NCBI GenBank assembly: GCA_963674755.2
Contig: CAXXVS010000003.1
Location: 1,088,001-1,152,000 of the forward strand
Source: Desulfobacterales bacterium
GTDB taxonomy: Bacteria > Desulfobacterota > Desulfobacteria > Desulfobacterales > UBA5852
DNA length: 64,000 nt
Reading direction: 5' to 3'
How positions within the stretch are numbered: position 1 is the first letter of the stretch; each line of letters starts with the position of its first letter. Under the pieces are notes generated by a model, which saw only the letters and a list, made by a program, of their open reading frames with translations, made no database searches and was not told the DNA's origin. The position numbers and the translations under genes are program-made. Of the stretch, positions 41,905 through 52,645 are shown one piece after another.

Positions 41905-42519
41905 GTGCCGCTAATCCCTATGGTAATTGAACAGAGCAGTCGGGGGGAACGGGCCTATGACATCTATTCCCGTCTGCTGAAGGACCGGATTATTTTTCTC
42001 GGCTCCGCCATGAATGATGAGGTGGCCAACCTCATCATCGCCCAGTTGCTGTTCCTCGAGTCGGAAGACCCTGAAAAGGACATAAATTTTTACATAAATT
42101 CACCCGGGGGGGTTGTGACTTCGGGACTTGCCGTATATGATACGATGCAGTACGTTAAGCCCGACATTGCAACGGTGTGTATCGGTCAGGCAGCCAGCAT
42201 GGGTGCCGTTTTGCTGGCCGCCGGCACTGCAAAGAAACGTTATGCCCTGCCCAACGCCCGGATCATGATTCACCAGCCCATGGGCGGCTTTCAGGGCCAG
42301 GCGTCGGACGTGGAGATTCATGCCCGTGAGATGCTACGGATGAAGCAGGATCTCAATCAAATCCTTTCCGCCCACACGGGGAAACCGATTGAGCAGGTTC
42401 AAACGGACACCGATCGTGATTATTTTATGTCCGGCGAGGAAGCCCGGGTATATGGGATCGTGGATCAAGTGATTGCCAAACGTGACGATCTCGGAGGCGG
42501 CAGCGCCACGGAGAAATGA
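41905..42519 (+). CDS. clpP: ATP-dependent Clp protease proteolytic subunit
   Basis: [31 protein letters not shown]. Confidence 0.98.
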   Translation: MPLIPMVIEQSSRGERAYDIYSRLLKDRIIFLGSAMNDEVANLIIAQLLFLESEDPEKDINFYINSPGGVVTSGLAVYDTMQYVKPDIATVCIGQAASMGAVLLAAGTAKKRYALPNARIMIHQPMGGFQGQASDVEIHAREMLRMKQDLNQILSAHTGKPIEQVQTDTDRDYFMSGEEARVYGIVDQVIAKRDDLGGGSATEK

Positions 42520-42520
42520 G

Positions 42521-43771
42521 ATGACCCATAAAGACGATGACAATGACAACCTGTTTTGCTCGTTTTGCGGCAAGAGCCAGAAGGAAGTCAATAAACTGAT
42601 CGCCGGTCCGGCGGTCTATATCTGTGACGAGTGTATCCAGCTCTGCAGCGAAATCATCGAGGAGGAGAGCGAAAAGGACGCCGACGCGCTGGAGAATCTG
42701 CTGGCGCCCAAGGAAACCAAGACGCTCCTGGATGACTACGTCATCGAGCAGGAAGCCGCCAAAAAGATTTTGGCGGTGGCGGTCTACAACCATTACAAAC
42801 GCCTGAACTCGACGATTCACGCGGGCGATGTGGAGCTCAACAAAAGCAACATCCTGCTGATCGGCCCCACCGGTTGCGGCAAAACCTTGCTGGCCCAGAC
42901 CCTGGCGCGCTTTCTCAACGTGCCCTTCACCATCGCTGATGCCACCAGCCTGACGGAGGCCGGCTACGTGGGCGAGGATGTGGAAAACATCATTCTCTCC
43001 CTGCTGCAGAACGCCGACTACGATGTGGAACGGGCCAAAAAGGGCATCGTTTACATCGACGAGATCGACAAGATCGCCAGCAAGGGCGACAACCCCTCCA
43101 TCACCCGGGACGTGTCCGGGGAAGGCGTCCAGCAGGCGCTCCTTAAAATCATCGAAGGCACGACGGCCAGCGTGCCCCCCAAGGGCGGCCGCAAACACCC
43201 CCAGCAGGATTTCGTCAAGGTCGATACCTCCAACATCCTGTTTATCTGCGGGGGCACCTTCAACGGCCTGGAAAAGATCATCCAGCGCCGGATGGGATCC
43301 AAGGTGATGGGCTTCGGCGCCGAGATCGTCAAGTCCGCCGATCGAAGCGTGGGCGAAACCCTGTTGGACGTACAGCCCGAAGACCTCATCAAATTCGGCT
43401 TGATTCCGGAATTTCTGGGGCGTCTGCCGGTGATCGCCACCCTGGGCGAGCTCAATGAAAAATCCCTGGTGCGGATTCTGACCGAGCCCAAAAACGCCCT
43501 GGTGAAGCAGTACCGCAAGCTGTTCGAGATCGAAGGGGTCAACCTGCGGTTTACCGACAGCGCCCTGTCCGCCATCGCCAAAGAGGCGGTCAAGCGCAAA
43601 TCCGGCGCCCGCGGGCTCAGGGCGATCCTGGAAAAGACCCTGCTGGACATCATGTACGAGCTGCCTTCGGTGGAGAATGTCAAGGAGTGCGTGATCAGCG
43701 AGGATGTGGTGCTCAACAAGGAAGACCCCATCCTGCTGTTCGACCAGACCAAGACCAAGAAGCAGGCTTGA
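42521..43771 (+). CDS. clpX: ATP-dependent Clp protease ATP-binding subunit
   Basis: CSFCGK Zn finger, [22 protein letters not shown]. Confidence 0.98.
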   Translation: MTHKDDDNDNLFCSFCGKSQKEVNKLIAGPAVYICDECIQLCSEIIEEESEKDADALENLLAPKETKTLLDDYVIEQEAAKKILAVAVYNHYKRLNSTIHAGDVELNKSNILLIGPTGCGKTLLAQTLARFLNVPFTIADATSLTEAGYVGEDVENIILSLLQNADYDVERAKKGIVYIDEIDKIASKGDNPSITRDVSGEGVQQALLKIIEGTTASVPPKGGRKHPQQDFVKVDTSNILFICGGTFNGLEKIIQRRMGSKVMGFGAEIVKSADRSVGETLLDVQPEDLIKFGLIPEFLGRLPVIATLGELNEKSLVRILTEPKNALVKQYRKLFEIEGVNLRFTDSALSAIAKEAVKRKSGARGLRAILEKTLLDIMYELPSVENVKECVISEDVVLNKEDPILLFDQTKTKKQA

Positions 43772-44102
43772 TTCAACCGCGACCTTTGCCGCAGCATCGA
43801 TGCTAACGGCCCCTGGCATGACCGGTATCGTTCTGATACGCCAGGGGCCGTTTGTGCTGGTGCACGGGGAAATCCGCCCGCCCGGTCTGATCGTTCCAAT
43901 GGCCGGAGGACTTAACGGGCCGGTGGCCGAAGAATCGGCTTGCGGCAGCACGCTGTCCGATCTAAAACCGGCGCCGCGTCTTGAAATAGCCGCGTTTTCC
44001 GATTATTTTAATCGATGAGGGGCCAGGCTGCCAGGCGGTCAAACCCTCCACCGTAAATAACGGGTCATTGGTGACCCGAACAATCCAAGACCACATCAGG
44101 AA

Positions 44103-46550
44103 GTGAGTATTATGGTCAATATTCCCAATATTTTCAAAGATGAACCCCAGAGCGAAACGATTGAACTTCCGTTGCTGCCGTTGCGCGACATCGTCGTTTT
44201 TCCCCATATGGTCGCTCCGCTTTTTGTGGGCCGTACCAAATCGGTCAATGCCCTGGCCAATGCCATGGGCCGGGACAAGCGTGTCTTCCTGTCCACCCAG
44301 AAAACGGCCGGCGTGGATTCTCCGGAGGAGGCGGACATCAACCCGGTGGGCACCGTCGGCAAGGTGCTGCAGCTGCTGAAACTGCCGGACGGCACGGTCA
44401 AGGCTCTGGTGGAGGGTGAAAGCCGGGCGCGGATTCTCCGGTTTCTGGAGGAGGACGAATACTTCAATGTCGAACTGGCCCCCATGCCGGAGCCGGACGT
44501 CGATCCCATCGAAGCCCGCGCCCTGTGCCGCTCGATCCTGGAGAATTTCGAAAAGTACGCCAAGCTCAACAAGAGCATCTCCAAGGAGCTGATGGAGAGC
44601 GTCGGTGAAATCTTATCGCCTTCCAAACTGGCCGACACCGTGGCCGCGCATTTCGCCTTCAAAGTGGATGACAAGCAGCGCCTGCTGGACACCCTGTCGC
44701 CTTCGGACCGCGTGGCCGACCTGGTCAGCCTGATCAAGATGGAAATCGAGGTCATGCGCATGGACCAGCGCATCAAGGGGCGGGTCAAGGAGCAGATGGA
44801 AAAGACCCAGCGCAACTACTACCTCAACGAGCAGATGCGGGCCATCAAGAAGGAGATGGGGGCCGAGGACGACCCCAGCGAAGAACTGGAAGATCTCGAA
44901 AAACGGATTGCAGAGAAGAAATTGTCCGAGGAGGCCACTGAAAAGGTCAAGCAGGAATTCCGCAAGCTCAAGATGATGACCCCCATGTCGGCCGAGGCCA
45001 CGGTGGTGCGCAACTATATCGACTGGCTGCTGAGCCTGCCCTGGTACGATGTGAGCGAGATCAACCAGGATCTCAGCGCGGCCGAGCGCATCCTGGACGA
45101 AGACCATTACGGCCTGGAGAAGCCCAAGGAGCGCATCATCGAATACCTGGCCGTCCAGACCCTGACCCAGAAGGTCAAAGGTCCCATCCTCTGTCTGGTG
45201 GGTCCTCCGGGGGTCGGCAAGACTTCCCTGGCCAAATCCGTGGCGCGGGCTACCGGACGCAAATATGTGCGCCTCTCCCTGGGCGGGGTGCGGGACGAGG
45301 CGGAGATCCGCGGCCACCGGCGGACCTACATCGGGGCCATGCCGGGCAAGATCATGCAGTCCCTGAAAAAGGTGGGGGTCAACAACCCCGTCTTTTGCCT
45401 GGACGAGGTGGACAAGATGAGCATGGACTTCCGGGGCGACCCATCGGCGGCCCTCCTGGAAGTGCTGGATCCCGAGCAGAATTACAGCTTCAACGACCAT
45501 TACCTGGACGTGGACTACGACCTGTCGGATATCCTGTTCATCACCACGGCCAACACCCTGCCGGATATCCCTTTGCCGCTGCAGGACCGCATGGAGATCA
45601 TCCGCCTGCCGGGCTATACGGAATACGAGAAGTACAACATCGCCCATAAATTCCTGGTGGCCAAGCAGCTCGAGGCCAACGGCCTCCAAGGCCTGGACAT
45701 CGCGTTTTCCAAGAATGCCATCCTGACCATCATTCGGCGTTACACCCGGGAGGCCGGGGTGCGCAACCTGGAGCGCGAAATCGCTTCCATCTGCCGCAAG
45801 ATCGCCAAGCAGGTGGTCAAGTATCAGGACAGCGATACCTTTAAGGTCACCGCCCAGTCGGTGGCCAAATACCTCGGACCGGCGCGCTTCAAGCAGGACC
45901 AGATCGAAGACAAGGACCAGATCGGCATGGTGACGGGCCTGGCCTGGACCCAGGTGGGCGGCGAGCTCCTGATCGTGGAAACCCTGACCATGCCCGGCAA
46001 GGGCAACGTTCAGGTAACCGGCAAGCTGGGGGATGTGATGAAGGAATCCGCCCAGGCGGCGGTCAGCTATGTCCGTTCGCGCGCCGATTACCTGATGATC
46101 GATGAAAAATTCTACCGCAAGCTCGATTTGCACATCCACATCCCCGAAGGCGCCATCCCCAAGGACGGCCCCTCAGCCGGGATCGCCATGTGCACCTCCA
46201 TCGTATCGGCCCTGAGCAGACGCCCGGTGCGGCGGGATATCGCCATGACCGGCGAGATCACCCTGCGGGGCCGCGTGCTGCCCATCGGCGGGCTTAAAGA
46301 GAAGATCATCGCGGCCCACCGCGGCGGGATTAAAACCGTGCTGATTCCCAAGGAGAATGAAAAGGATCTCAAAGACATCCCCAAGCTGGTTTCCCGGAGC
46401 ATGACCATCATCCCGGTGGAGCACATGGACGAAGTCCTTGGGCATGCCCTGATCCTCGGTGAGGGGGGGCGCCTGTTCAAGGAAGTGGACCTGCCTTTCG
46501 ATATCGCCAAGGGCGAGGGTGACGGCACCAACGCCGCACCCCTGAACTGA
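44103..46550 (+). CDS. lon: Endopeptidase La
   Basis: [27 protein letters not shown]; start may be 44112. Confidence 0.98.
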   Translation: MSIMVNIPNIFKDEPQSETIELPLLPLRDIVVFPHMVAPLFVGRTKSVNALANAMGRDKRVFLSTQKTAGVDSPEEADINPVGTVGKVLQLLKLPDGTVKALVEGESRARILRFLEEDEYFNVELAPMPEPDVDPIEARALCRSILENFEKYAKLNKSISKELMESVGEILSPSKLADTVAAHFAFKVDDKQRLLDTLSPSDRVADLVSLIKMEIEVMRMDQRIKGRVKEQMEKTQRNYYLNEQMRAIKKEMGAEDDPSEELEDLEKRIAEKKLSEEATEKVKQEFRKLKMMTPMSAEATVVRNYIDWLLSLPWYDVSEINQDLSAAERILDEDHYGLEKPKERIIEYLAVQTLTQKVKGPILCLVGPPGVGKTSLAKSVARATGRKYVRLSLGGVRDEAEIRGHRRTYIGAMPGKIMQSLKKVGVNNPVFCLDEVDKMSMDFRGDPSAALLEVLDPEQNYSFNDHYLDVDYDLSDILFITTANTLPDIPLPLQDRMEIIRLPGYTEYEKYNIAHKFLVAKQLEANGLQGLDIAFSKNAILTIIRRYTREAGVRNLEREIASICRKIAKQVVKYQDSDTFKVTAQSVAKYLGPARFKQDQIEDKDQIGMVTGLAWTQVGGELLIVETLTMPGKGNVQVTGKLGDVMKESAQAAVSYVRSRADYLMIDEKFYRKLDLHIHIPEGAIPKDGPSAGIAMCTSIVSALSRRPVRRDIAMTGEITLRGRVLPIGGLKEKIIAAHRGGIKTVLIPKENEKDLKDIPKLVSRSMTIIPVEHMDEVLGHALILGEGGRLFKEVDLPFDIAKGEGDGTNAAPLN

Positions 46551-46648
46551 CCGTATCGAACGGGGGCGACCTTTGCCGGAGGGCCCGGTGATCCGGGTTT
46601 CCGCTTGACAGGCTCCGGCGGATCAAGTATCAAAACAGTCCTTGCGTT

Positions 46649-46724
46649 GGGCGGGTAGCTCAGTTGGGAGAGCATCGGCCTTACAAGCCGAGGGTCACAG
46701 GTTCAAGCCCTGTTCCGCCCACCA
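46649..46724 (+). tRNA. tRNA-Val(TAC)
   Basis: TCGGC-CTTACAA-GCCGA anticodon arm, GGTTCAAGCCC, CCA; TTGACA at 46605. Confidence 0.97.
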
Positions 46725-46736
46725 TTCACAAAATTA

Positions 46737-46772
46737 AAAGGCGACCGGTCCCACGACCGGCCGCCTTTTTTA
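46737..46772. terminator. Bidirectional terminator
   Basis: AAAAGGCGACCGGTC-CCAC-GACCGGCCGCCTTTTT between convergent tRNA-Val and ACAD. Confidence 0.75.
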
Positions 46773-46795
46773 TGTCTTCTTTCCGTCACAGGACC

Positions 46796-47956
46796 CTATA
46801 GCAGTTTGGCAATGATCTCCTTCATGATCTCGGTCGTGCCGCCGCCGATGGACAGAATGCGGTTGTCCCGATAGAGCCGCTCCACCAGGTAGCCCCGCAT
46901 GGTGCCGTAGCCGCCGAAGAGCTGCACGGCATCGTAGGTCACCCGGTCGCTGACGCTGCAGGCGAAATTCTTGGCCATGGCGACTTCCTTGAACTGGTCG
47001 ATGCCGGCGTCGATTTTGGCCGCCACCCGCCAGGTGTACTCCCGGGCGATGTCCACCAGGGTGGCCATATCCACCAGCTTGTGGCGGGTCACCTGGAAAC
47101 CGGTGAGGGGTTTGCCGAAAGCCGTGCGTTCCTTGGCATAGGCCTGGGCCTGCTCCAGCGCGAGCTGGGCGGTCATGTAGGCCATGACCGCCAGGGAGAG
47201 CCGCTCCCCCTGGAAGTTTTCCATGATGGCGTAGAAGCCCTGGTGCTCCTCGCCGATCAGGTTGGCAACCGGCACACGGCAGTCGTCGAAAAAGATCTCG
47301 GCCGTGTCCGAAGCCCACCAGCCGGTCTTTTTGAGGGGCGTGGATACGGCATAGCCCGGCGTATCGGATTCGATCACCAGCATGCTGATGCCGTGGGCGC
47401 CGGGCGCGCCGGTGCGCACGGCGCAGGTGATCTGGTCGGCCCGGGTGCCGCTGGTAATAAAGGTCTTGCTCCCGTTGACGATGTAATGATCGCCGTCGCG
47501 CACCGCCGTGGTGGCCAGGTTGGAGACGTCCGACCCGCCCCCGGGTTCGGTAATGGCCAGGGCGGCGATGCGCTCGCCGGCAATCACCGGCCGGACGAAG
47601 CGCGCTTTCTGCTCTTCCGTGCCGTGCCGCAGGATGGGCGGCAGGGCGATGTGCAGTGATCCCAGCCCGGCCACGAATCCGCCCGATCCCGCGCGCATGA
47701 GTTCTTCACTGGCCGCGATGGTGAAGAAGATATCGCCGGGGGTGCCGCCGACCGCTTCCGGATAGCCGATTCCCAATATGCCCACTTCTCCGGCCTTGTG
47801 GTAGATTTCCCGCGGAAAAATTCCCGCCTCCTCCCACTCGTCGATAAAGGGCTTGATCTCCTTGTCGACAAACTCCTTGACGGATCGGCGCACCATGTCG
47901 TGGGCCTTGGAGAAGTACTGCTGACAGGATGCGCGCGCATTGAATTCGATGGCCAT
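46796..47956 (-). CDS. Acyl-CoA dehydrogenase (AtuD/long-chain-like)
   Basis: AITEPGGGSDV, NGSKTFITSG, IGGGTTEIMK. Confidence 0.92.
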   Translation of the reverse strand: MAIEFNARASCQQYFSKAHDMVRRSVKEFVDKEIKPFIDEWEEAGIFPREIYHKAGEVGILGIGYPEAVGGTPGDIFFTIAASEELMRAGSGGFVAGLGSLHIALPPILRHGTEEQKARFVRPVIAGERIAALAITEPGGGSDVSNLATTAVRDGDHYIVNGSKTFITSGTRADQITCAVRTGAPGAHGISMLVIESDTPGYAVSTPLKKTGWWASDTAEIFFDDCRVPVANLIGEEHQGFYAIMENFQGERLSLAVMAYMTAQLALEQAQAYAKERTAFGKPLTGFQVTRHKLVDMATLVDIAREYTWRVAAKIDAGIDQFKEVAMAKNFACSVSDRVTYDAVQLFGGYGTMRGYLVERLYRDNRILSIGGGTTEIMKEIIAKLL

Positions 47957-48078
47957 TTTGACTTCCTTTTTTGGCGTTTATATTTGGCCGGAAAGAGACT
48001 ATCAGGCTTAACAGCAGGTCTGGAAAAGAAATGAATCGAGTCACAGCACCTGTATGACTGATAGGTGAAAATAAATCG

Positions 48079-48213
48079 GTGTCCGATTCTGAAATGAGGA
48101 TTTTTGTCTCTGATCAAGGCCCTAAAAAGGTTAGCAGTGAGGCATACATTAGTACGCTACAGATGCCAAACCTGAAGGAATCGCAGATCTATATCAATTT
48201 TTGAATCGGCTAC
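48079..48213. repeat. Structured repeat family B-like element
   Basis: Terminal IR GTGTCCGATTCTGAAAT / ATTTTTGAATCGGCTAC; internal CAAGGC ... ATCGCAG. Confidence 0.55.
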
Positions 48214-48227
48214 AGCACAAGCAATGC

Positions 48228-48371
48228 AAGGTTCAGCCGGAATCTGTAGATTTTGGTTTCGACCAAGGCCGCAGCGATTTGGAAACCGCAGACGTAGTCA
48301 GCTACGTCGAGGATTTACAAAGAGCGAGAACGCTGGACGGGGCCAAAAGATGCCGGTTCCGGCTGAACCTT
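48228..48371. repeat. Structured repeat family B
   Basis: Terminal IR AAGGTTCAGCCGGAA / TTCCGGCTGAACCTT; core GAAACCGCAGRCGTAG..CTACGTCGAGGATTT shared with 51129 and 56873. Confidence 0.85.
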
Positions 48372-48805
48372 TACTCCAGTTTAGGGGGCGGCATGACGAG
48401 CGCCGTCCCCTCCGCCACGGTTTCCCCCTTCTGGTTGGTCCAGAGCAGGGCCATGCGCACCCAGCGCTTGTCTTCCAGCTTTTCGGTCACTTCGGCCCGG
48501 GCCGTGATGGTATCGCCGAAGCGGGTCGGCGCCCGGAAGCGCGTGTTGATTTCCAAGGCCACAGTTCCCAGGCCGGGCAGCTTCATGCCCAGCACCGGCG
48601 CGATCAGGCACTGGGGCAGGGCGCCGTGGGCGATGCGGGTGCCGAAGGGGGTCAGCTTGGCGAATTCTTCGTTGACGTGCATGGGGTTGAAGTCTCCCGA
48701 AATGCCGGCAAAGAGATAGACATCGGTCTCGGTGATGGTCTTGCTGAACGACGCCGACATGCCGATCTCCAGCTCGTCGTAGGATTTGCCCAGTTCGAAA
48801 TCCAT
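48371..48805 (-). CDS. MaoC-family (R)-specific enoyl-CoA hydratase
   Basis: FAGISGDFNPMH, RIAHG; AAGGAGG RBS. Confidence 0.9.
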   Translation of the reverse strand: MDFELGKSYDELEIGMSASFSKTITETDVYLFAGISGDFNPMHVNEEFAKLTPFGTRIAHGALPQCLIAPVLGMKLPGLGTVALEINTRFRAPTRFGDTITARAEVTEKLEDKRWVRMALLWTNQKGETVAEGTALVMPPPKLE

Positions 48806-48837
48806 GCGCCCTCCTTTGAAATCCATTTTATATTCGT

Positions 48838-50622
48838 TTATGGGGCTGCCTCATTTTGCAGTTCGGCGGGAATCGTTATGGTTTTGACGCGCAGGTATTC
48901 GCCCAGGGTCTTGGCCTGGGGGTCGCTCTTCAGGGACGCGGCCACCCCTTCCCCCAGAATCCCTTTGATATAGAAGTTCAACGCCCTCAGATTGGGCAGC
49001 GCGTAGCGTTCGATGGCATAGGGGGCCGTATCCGGCAGGAGCGATTTAAGCTGTTCCGTGGTGAGGTAGCGGTGCAGAAAAGCATAGGCCGCATCACTGC
49101 GGGCCCAGATCCCCAGGTTGGCGTTGCCCCCCTTGTCCCCCGAGCGGGTGCCGAACAGCCGTCCAAAGGGCAGCGCGACAGTATCTTGCACTGAGGGGGG
49201 GCGGTCTTCAACGGCCGTCCCAGCGGCTTGCGCCGCGGTGATTTCAGCGCCTGCGAGGGGCTCGACCATGACGCTCTCATCGCCGATCACCACCCGGGGC
49301 CGGACATGGCGGTTGGCCACCACGGCGGGCCAGTGCTGGATAGCCGGGGTGCCCTTGGTGGGCGGGGCAGTGGCTGTAAACCCGGGAATGCTCGCCAGGG
49401 CCAGCTCCACCACGGCGGCGGAAAAACGGGCGACTTTGGCCGGATCGGGATCCATGACCCCCAGGTGCAAATAGGCAAAAGCCTCCTCGTTGACGGCCGG
49501 ATCGGCCTGATCCGAGCGCACGAGACGGGCTTCGAACACGGCATACTGCTTGCGGCCGCCCAGGGCTGCGACGACGGTTTCTTCGAGGATGCGGGCTTTG
49601 GCTTCAATGTCGAGCCCGGTCAGGATGAGGGTCATACTGTTGCGGTGGCCGAAGAGATTGTTGAGGCAGACCTTGGTGGTAGGGGGCGGCGGAGCGCCCT
49701 GAACTCCGGAAACCAGGATGCGGTCTTCGCCGTCATCACTCAGTTGGATGGTGTCGAAGCAAGCGGTGACGTCCGGGGTCAGGTAATCCGGCGACCGGAT
49801 TTCGTAGAGCAGCTGGGCCGTGACCGTGCCTACGGAGACCCGGCCGCCGGTGCCGGGATGCTTGGTGATGACCGACGACCCGTCGGCATGGATTTCGGCA
49901 ATCGGAAAGCCCAGCTTGTGAAAGGAGGGGATCTCCTCGATGAAAGGGTAGTTGCCGCCGGTGGCCTGCCCGCTGCACTCGATGATGTGTCCGGCCACCG
50001 CGGCGCCGGCCAGGCGGTCCCAGTCCTCCCGCTGCCAGCCGAAATGCCAGGCCGCCGGACCGGTGACCAGGGCGGCGTCGGCCAAGCGGCCGGCCACGAC
50101 GATATCCGCCCCCCGGGTCAGGGCCTCGGCCACGGCCCAGCCGCCGATGTAGGCATTGGCGGATATGGGCTGGGCGCCGGCTTCCTGCAGCGGAGTGCCT
50201 TTGTCCAGATGCACGAAAGCCTCCCCCTGGGCCTGCAGTTCGGCCAGGCGGGGCAGCAGGTCGTCGCCCTCGATGTAGGCGATCTTGGGCGATAACCCCA
50301 ATTTCTCGGCCAGGGTCTGCAAGGCCTTGGCCAGCCCCTTGGGATTCAGACCGCCGGCGTTGCTGACCACCTTTATCTTGCGTTCCAGGCAGGTGTCCAT
50401 GACCTCTTCCATCTGGCGCAGGAAAGGGCGGGCATAGCCCAGAGCGGCGTCCTTGAGCTTCTGGCGGAAGAGGATTGCCATGGTGAGCTCCGCCAGGTAG
50501 TCACCGGTCAGGACATCGATGGGGCCGCCCTCCACCATCTCCCGGGCCGCGCTGAAGCGGTCCCCCAGGAAGCCGCTGCAGTTGGCGATGATCAGTTTGT
50601 CTGCGGATGGGGGTGCCGGCAT
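48838..50622 (-). CDS. atuA: Acyclic terpene utilization AtuA family protein
   Basis: IANCSGFLGDR, GDYLAELTM, GHIIECSGQATGGN, RSGDKGGNAN, DPQAKTLGE. Confidence 0.88.
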   Translation of the reverse strand: MPAPPSADKLIIANCSGFLGDRFSAAREMVEGGPIDVLTGDYLAELTMAILFRQKLKDAALGYARPFLRQMEEVMDTCLERKIKVVSNAGGLNPKGLAKALQTLAEKLGLSPKIAYIEGDDLLPRLAELQAQGEAFVHLDKGTPLQEAGAQPISANAYIGGWAVAEALTRGADIVVAGRLADAALVTGPAAWHFGWQREDWDRLAGAAVAGHIIECSGQATGGNYPFIEEIPSFHKLGFPIAEIHADGSSVITKHPGTGGRVSVGTVTAQLLYEIRSPDYLTPDVTACFDTIQLSDDGEDRILVSGVQGAPPPPTTKVCLNNLFGHRNSMTLILTGLDIEAKARILEETVVAALGGRKQYAVFEARLVRSDQADPAVNEEAFAYLHLGVMDPDPAKVARFSAAVVELALASIPGFTATAPPTKGTPAIQHWPAVVANRHVRPRVVIGDESVMVEPLAGAEITAAQAAGTAVEDRPPSVQDTVALPFGRLFGTRSGDKGGNANLGIWARSDAAYAFLHRYLTTEQLKSLLPDTAPYAIERYALPNLRALNFYIKGILGEGVAASLKSDPQAKTLGEYLRVKTITIPAELQNEAAP

Positions 50623-50712
50623 GTCAATTTTCTCCTCTCCCCGCGTTATCGGTTTGATCTTTCTCTTGGTTTTATGATTGTAGTCTGACGAATATTGGTT
50701 TGGGAAAACGTT

Positions 50713-50985
50713 TAGGTTCGATCTAAGCCCTCCACTTCTGGTGGAGGACCCGGAGAGGCTTTACCGATCCGGGGTGGGTTTACATCAATTGGTTCCTTCC
50801 TTTTCTTTCACGTGAAAGAAAAGGAAGCTAAAAGAAAACGCCCGTGTCCCGTTTAACCCTGCGCGTCGCCGACACGGCCGGAGCACGCGGAAACTCCCCC
50901 GCCTGCGGCGGGGTCAGACAGTCCGCGCGCCTTAATCCGGCCGCATCGCCGATGCTCGGCGCGGAACAAAGGGAATAAAACTTCG
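50713..50985. repeat. Structured intergenic repeat family A, copy 2
   Basis: Palindrome CTTCCTTTTCTTTCACGTGAAAGAAAAGGAAG plus the blocks shared with copies 1 and 3. Confidence 0.85.
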
Positions 50986-51128
50986 AAACAACCAAATTCC
51001 TATTAAACCACACAAGGAAATATTTCAGTCTTTCAATTCGTCCAGCTGTAAAGCTGCTTCTCTACGTTAAATGTGACCTACATTGTTCCTAAAGTTTTAC
51101 GAACGAAAAGGTAAGTTTTCTGCATCCT

Positions 51129-51273
51129 ACTGGGCGTCTTCAAATGGTGGATTTTGGCTCAAGGCAAGGCCCGAGGGATTTTGAAACCGCAGGCGTAGAT
51201 GCGCTACGTCGAGGATTTCAAAATCGTGAGAACGCCGCCCTGAGTCAAAAGACGCCGTTTGAAGATGCCCAGT
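51129..51273. repeat. Structured repeat family B
   Basis: Terminal IR ACTGGGCGTCTTCAAATGG / CCGTTTGAAGATGCCCAGT; shared core. Confidence 0.85.
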
Positions 51274-52044
51274 CTAGTGGCCTACAAAGTTCGGCGCCCG
51301 CTTCTCCAGAAACGCCGTAATGCCTTCGCGGGCATCCTCGGTGGCCGCCACCTCGCCCAGTTTGCCGGCCAGGAAGTCGATGGCCTGATCGAAGGGCATG
51401 TCCGCCATGGCGTAGAAGGCTTCCTTGCCGATTTTCATGCCGATGGGGCTCTTGGACGCCAGCAGGGTCAGCAAGTCGCCGACCTCTGCATCCAGGTCCT
51501 CCCGGGACACGATCCGGGTGACCAGGCCCATTTCCAGGGCTTCTCCCGCGGTCAGGCGGCGGCCGGTAAGCACCATTTCCATGGCCTTTTTGCGGGGCAC
51601 GTTGCGGTAGATCAAGGCCCCGATCATCATGGGGAAGAGGCCGACGTTGACTTCCGGCGCCCCGAAGCGGGCATCCCGGCAGGCAATGACGATATCGCAG
51701 GCCAGCATGAGCCCCAGGCCGCCGGCCATGCAGGTGCCGTTCACCCGCGCCACGACAGGTTTGGGGAAGCCTGCCAGACGTTTGAGCAGGTTGGCGTAGC
51801 GGGCGATGACGGATTCGCTGTCGGCACTCATGCCGCCCAGATCGGCACCGGCGCAAAACGCTTTGTCACCGGCGCCGGTCACACAGACCGTCCGCACCGC
51901 CGCATCGGCTTCGGCCGTGTGCAGGGCCTCGTGAAAAAGAGCCAATGCTTCGGGGCTCAGGGCATTGCGCTGGGCTTCACGGTTCATGGTGATCCAGCCG
52001 ATTCGGTTTTCAGGATGGTAGATCAAGGGTGCTGTCTCGGTCAT
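51274..52044 (-). CDS. Enoyl-CoA hydratase/isomerase (methylglutaconyl/isohexenylglutaconyl-CoA hydratase-like)
   Basis: AFCAGADL, AGGLGL, PEVNVGLFP. Confidence 0.9.
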   Translation of the reverse strand: MTETAPLIYHPENRIGWITMNREAQRNALSPEALALFHEALHTAEADAAVRTVCVTGAGDKAFCAGADLGGMSADSESVIARYANLLKRLAGFPKPVVARVNGTCMAGGLGLMLACDIVIACRDARFGAPEVNVGLFPMMIGALIYRNVPRKKAMEMVLTGRRLTAGEALEMGLVTRIVSREDLDAEVGDLLTLLASKSPIGMKIGKEAFYAMADMPFDQAIDFLAGKLGEVAATEDAREGITAFLEKRAPNFVGH

Positions 52045-52086
52045 GGCGGCCTCCCTTCCGGTTATCATGTAAAGCGAATGGTGCTG

Positions 52087-52614
52087 CTATGCTTCCGGCG
52101 CGTTTTCTTCCCCTGCGGTTTCCAGGTCCACCAGGATGTCGCCGGGCGCCACCTTGTCGTCTACGGCAACGTTGATCCCCGCCACCCGGGCATCGAAGGG
52201 CGCGGTGAGGGTCGTCTCCATCTTCATGGCCGATACCACCACCAGGCCGTCCCCGGCCTTGACCTGTTGACCCACGGCGACCATGATCTTCACCACCACA
52301 GCGGGCATGGGCGGTGTCGCGTCGCGGGGCAGCGTCGGCGAGGCGGCACCCGACACCGTGGATCGGGCCTGGGCGTCGGCATCGATCACCTGGTAGAGGA
52401 CGCCGTCGATCATGATTTGTTTGGCGTTCCCGTCGTCGCTGATAAACGCGTTGCAGCCGACCCCGTCGATGGTCAGGAAGAGATGGGTGTCATCGATGCG
52501 GCGGCCGGTCACGGCCAGGCGCTTCTCAGGCGATTCCATCTCCCAGGCGCCGTTTGCGGTGGGCGATACGGCCAAAGGGGTCGTTTTTTCCAGAAGGGTC
52601 AGATTGTATTTCAT
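52087..52614 (-). CDS. Biotin carboxyl carrier protein
   Basis: PMPAVV...SAMKME biotinylation motif. Confidence 0.9.
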   Translation of the reverse strand: MKYNLTLLEKTTPLAVSPTANGAWEMESPEKRLAVTGRRIDDTHLFLTIDGVGCNAFISDDGNAKQIMIDGVLYQVIDADAQARSTVSGAASPTLPRDATPPMPAVVVKIMVAVGQQVKAGDGLVVVSAMKMETTLTAPFDARVAGINVAVDDKVAPGDILVDLETAGEENAPEA

Positions 52615-52645
52615 CGGTGTTCTCCCGTGGGTGCTGTCCTATGGG